The notes beneath the pieces are model-generated. The model saw only the letters and a list, made by a program, of their open reading frames with translations. It had not been told where the DNA came from and ran no database searches. Shown here piece by piece: positions 60,705 through 64,000 of a DNA stretch of 64,000 nt. The stretch lies in assembly GCF_009914755.1 (NCBI RefSeq), contig NC_060925.1; one strand, 5' to 3'. Source of the stretch: the human T2T-CHM13v2.0 reference genome, Homo sapiens. Position 1 is the first letter of the stretch. Each line of letters opens with the position of its first letter. The position numbers were made by a program, and so were the translations under genes.

Positions 60705-62024
60705 GTGGGAAACAAACCAGAGGACTCAGCTGGTAGAAGTAGAGGCTAGAGCTAAAGGATCAGGATGGACTTAATGGGACTGCAGTTAGAACTAATAAGG
60801 TGGGACCAAGGGCTACGGCCAGCAAAATTAGTTTCCTCAAATGGAACTTGGGCTTATAGGTCCAATGTGAGAGTAGTCAGTAGAGGGGGAGGGGAGCCCA
60901 TTGTTTATTAAGGAAAATTTAATTGAATGCCTGTTACATACTATCATGTATAGGACTGGGGTTATAAAGATGAATAAGAGAGGGCCTACAGGGAATTCTC
61001 TGCTTAGTAGGAAATAAACATATATAAAAATAATTGCAGTTAAAGGTTATGATCTATATATGTGTAGGGTACAGTGTAGACAGGGAGAAGGAAAAGGTCA
61101 GTTCTGCCTGAGAGATGTTAGGAAAGGCTTCATGAAGGAGATGATTCTGAGCTAAGTGTTGAAAACTGAAGCTGACATTTATCAGGTAGTTGGAGAGAGG
61201 GCATTCTAAGGAGAAGAAGCAGAAGCAACTCAAGCAATAGCATGGCATGTTGGGGAATTCAGAGTATGAGCATGACTATTTTAATATGAAGGGCCGGGAG
61301 GTGAAGAGAGAATGACAAAAGATAGTGCTGCTGGGTTAAGTAGAAAAAGGTCACATCATGGAGGCCCTTGCTGCCATGATAAGGAGTTTAGGTTTTATCT
61401 TATAGACAATAGGGAGTCATGATAAGTTTTTTTGTTTTTTGTTTTTGATACAGAGTCTTGCCCTGTTGCCCAGGCTAGAGTAGAGTGGTGTGATATAGGC
61501 TTACTGCAACGTCTGCTTCCTGGGTTCAAGTGATTCTTGTTCCTCAGCCTCCTGAGTAGCTGAGATTACAGATGTGTGCTATCACGTGTGGCTAATTTTT
61601 ATATTTTTAGTAGAGATGGGGTTTCGCCATGTTGGCCAGGCTGATCTTGAGCTCCTGGCCTCAAGTGATCCACCTGCCTTGGCCTCCCAGTGTGCTGGGA
61701 TTACAGGTGTGAGCCACCATGCCTGGCCCAGTAAGGTTTTAATCAAAGGAGTAACATGATCAAATTTAATGACTCTGAAAAGATTGGAAACAACCTAAAG
61801 ATCCAGCAGTAAGGTATTACGTTTGTTATGGTGCATCCATCCAGTGGAATACTAAATACTAGGCAACATTTTGTTTTTGAGACAGTCTTGCTCTGTTGCC
61901 CAGTCTGGAGTGCAATGGCACAATCTTGCTCACTGCAGCCTCAACCTCCTAGGCTCAAGCAATCCTCCTGCCTCAGCCTCCCAAGTATCTGGGACTATAG
62001 GCCCACGCCACCAAACCTGGCTAA

Positions 62025-62471
<447 letters not shown>

Positions 62472-63431
62472 TCAAAAAAAAAAAAAAGAAGAAGAAGCAG
62501 CTCTTTCTATTGCTATGGAAAGATCATGCAGAATGGTGGGTATAATATATTATCATTTGAATAAAAAGCTAAAGAGGCTGGGTGCAGTGGCTCATTCCTG
62601 TAATCCCAACACTTTGGGAGGCTGAGGAGGGCAGATCATCTGAGCCCAGGAGTTGGGACCAGCCTGGGCAACAAAGTGAAACCCTATTTCTACAAAAAAA
62701 TTTTTTTTTAAATTGGCTGGGCTTTGTGGCACAGACCTGTAGTCCCAGCTACTCGGGAGGCTGAGGTGGGAGGATCACCTGAGCCTGGGAAGTAGAGGTT
62801 GTAGTGAGCCAAGATCATGCCACTCCACTCCAGCCTGGAAGACAGAGTGAGACCCTGTCTCAAAAAAAAAGGTAGAGAAGAAAGGAAAGCTTGCTCTAGC
62901 AGTGGTATAGAGGGTCTATTGGAAAAAAACAGACTAGAGGCAGGGAAAGCAGTAAGGAGGCTAGTACCAAGGCCAGGTGAGAAATACTAAGAACCCAAAC
63001 CAGGATAGCAGTAGTGGAAAGGATGATGAAAGAATATCATAGAGATAGATGGATCACAATCTGGAGTCCAGTTCATTTCAGGGCTGATAGAGAAGAAAGA
63101 GTTTCACATGACATGCAGTTTTCTCACTAGCCAGGCATGCTGATGTGTACCCATAGCCCTAGCTACTTGGGAAGCTGGGGTGGGAGTATCACTTGAGCCC
63201 AGGAGGTCAAAGCTGCAGTGAGCAAAGGTCGAGCCACTGTACTCCAGCTTGGATAGCAGAGTGAGTCCCTGTCTCTAAAAGAAAACAACAACAACAACAA
63301 TAATAATAATATAATTTTCTCATTCAGGCAGCTAGATGGATTCAGTCATTCATCAATACAGGAAATATGGCTGGGCACGGTGGCTCATGCCTGTAATCCT
63401 AGCACTTTGGGATGCCAAGGCAGGTAGATCA

Positions 63432-63737
<306 letters not shown>

Positions 63738-64000
63738 TCACTCTTGTTGCCCAGGCTGTATTATTATTATTTTTTTAGAGACAAAGTCTCACTCTGTCAC
63801 CCAGGCTAGAGTGCAGTGGTATGATCATAGTTCACTGCAGCCTTGAACTCCTGGGCATGAGTGATCTTCCCACCTTGGCCTCCCAAAGCAGAAAAGAATG
63901 ATTTTGAGTTCCATTTTTTTGTTGTTGTTGTTATTGTTTTGTAATTTGTAATTTTATTATTTTTTAAATTTTTTGTAAAGATGAGGTCTCACTTTGTTGC

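Overview
Human-type (primate, Alu-dense) genomic DNA that I recognise as the 1q21.3 ANXA9-MINDY1-PRUNE1-BNIPL locus. Spliced reading frames were rebuilt by hand from GT-AG junctions: ANXA9 (+, 12 coding exons, 345 aa, complete), MINDY1/FAM63A (-, 9 coding exons, 469 aa, complete), PRUNE1 (+, 8 exons, 453 aa, complete) and the first 4 coding exons of BNIPL (+, continues beyond the window). MINDY1 and PRUNE1 share a CpG-island bidirectional promoter (~29950-30450); ANXA9 and MINDY1 converge tail to tail. Introns are packed with Alus (often nested or serially inserted), MIR/L2, an MLT1 LTR, MER20/MER53/MER94 DNA transposons and a U6 snRNA retrocopy. Almost all ORFs in the supplied track are Alu-derived or antisense noise. 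I found no wholly new gene system. The best leads are: PRUNE1+BNIPL lie ~1 kb apart and together reproduce the domain order of the single gene PRUNE2; a tRNA-like T-arm/B-box in the PRUNE1 leader; a perfect 23-bp template-switch hairpin in a MINDY1 intron; a possible splicing switch that removes the MINDY1 CaaX tail; and twin inverted CTCF-like motifs.
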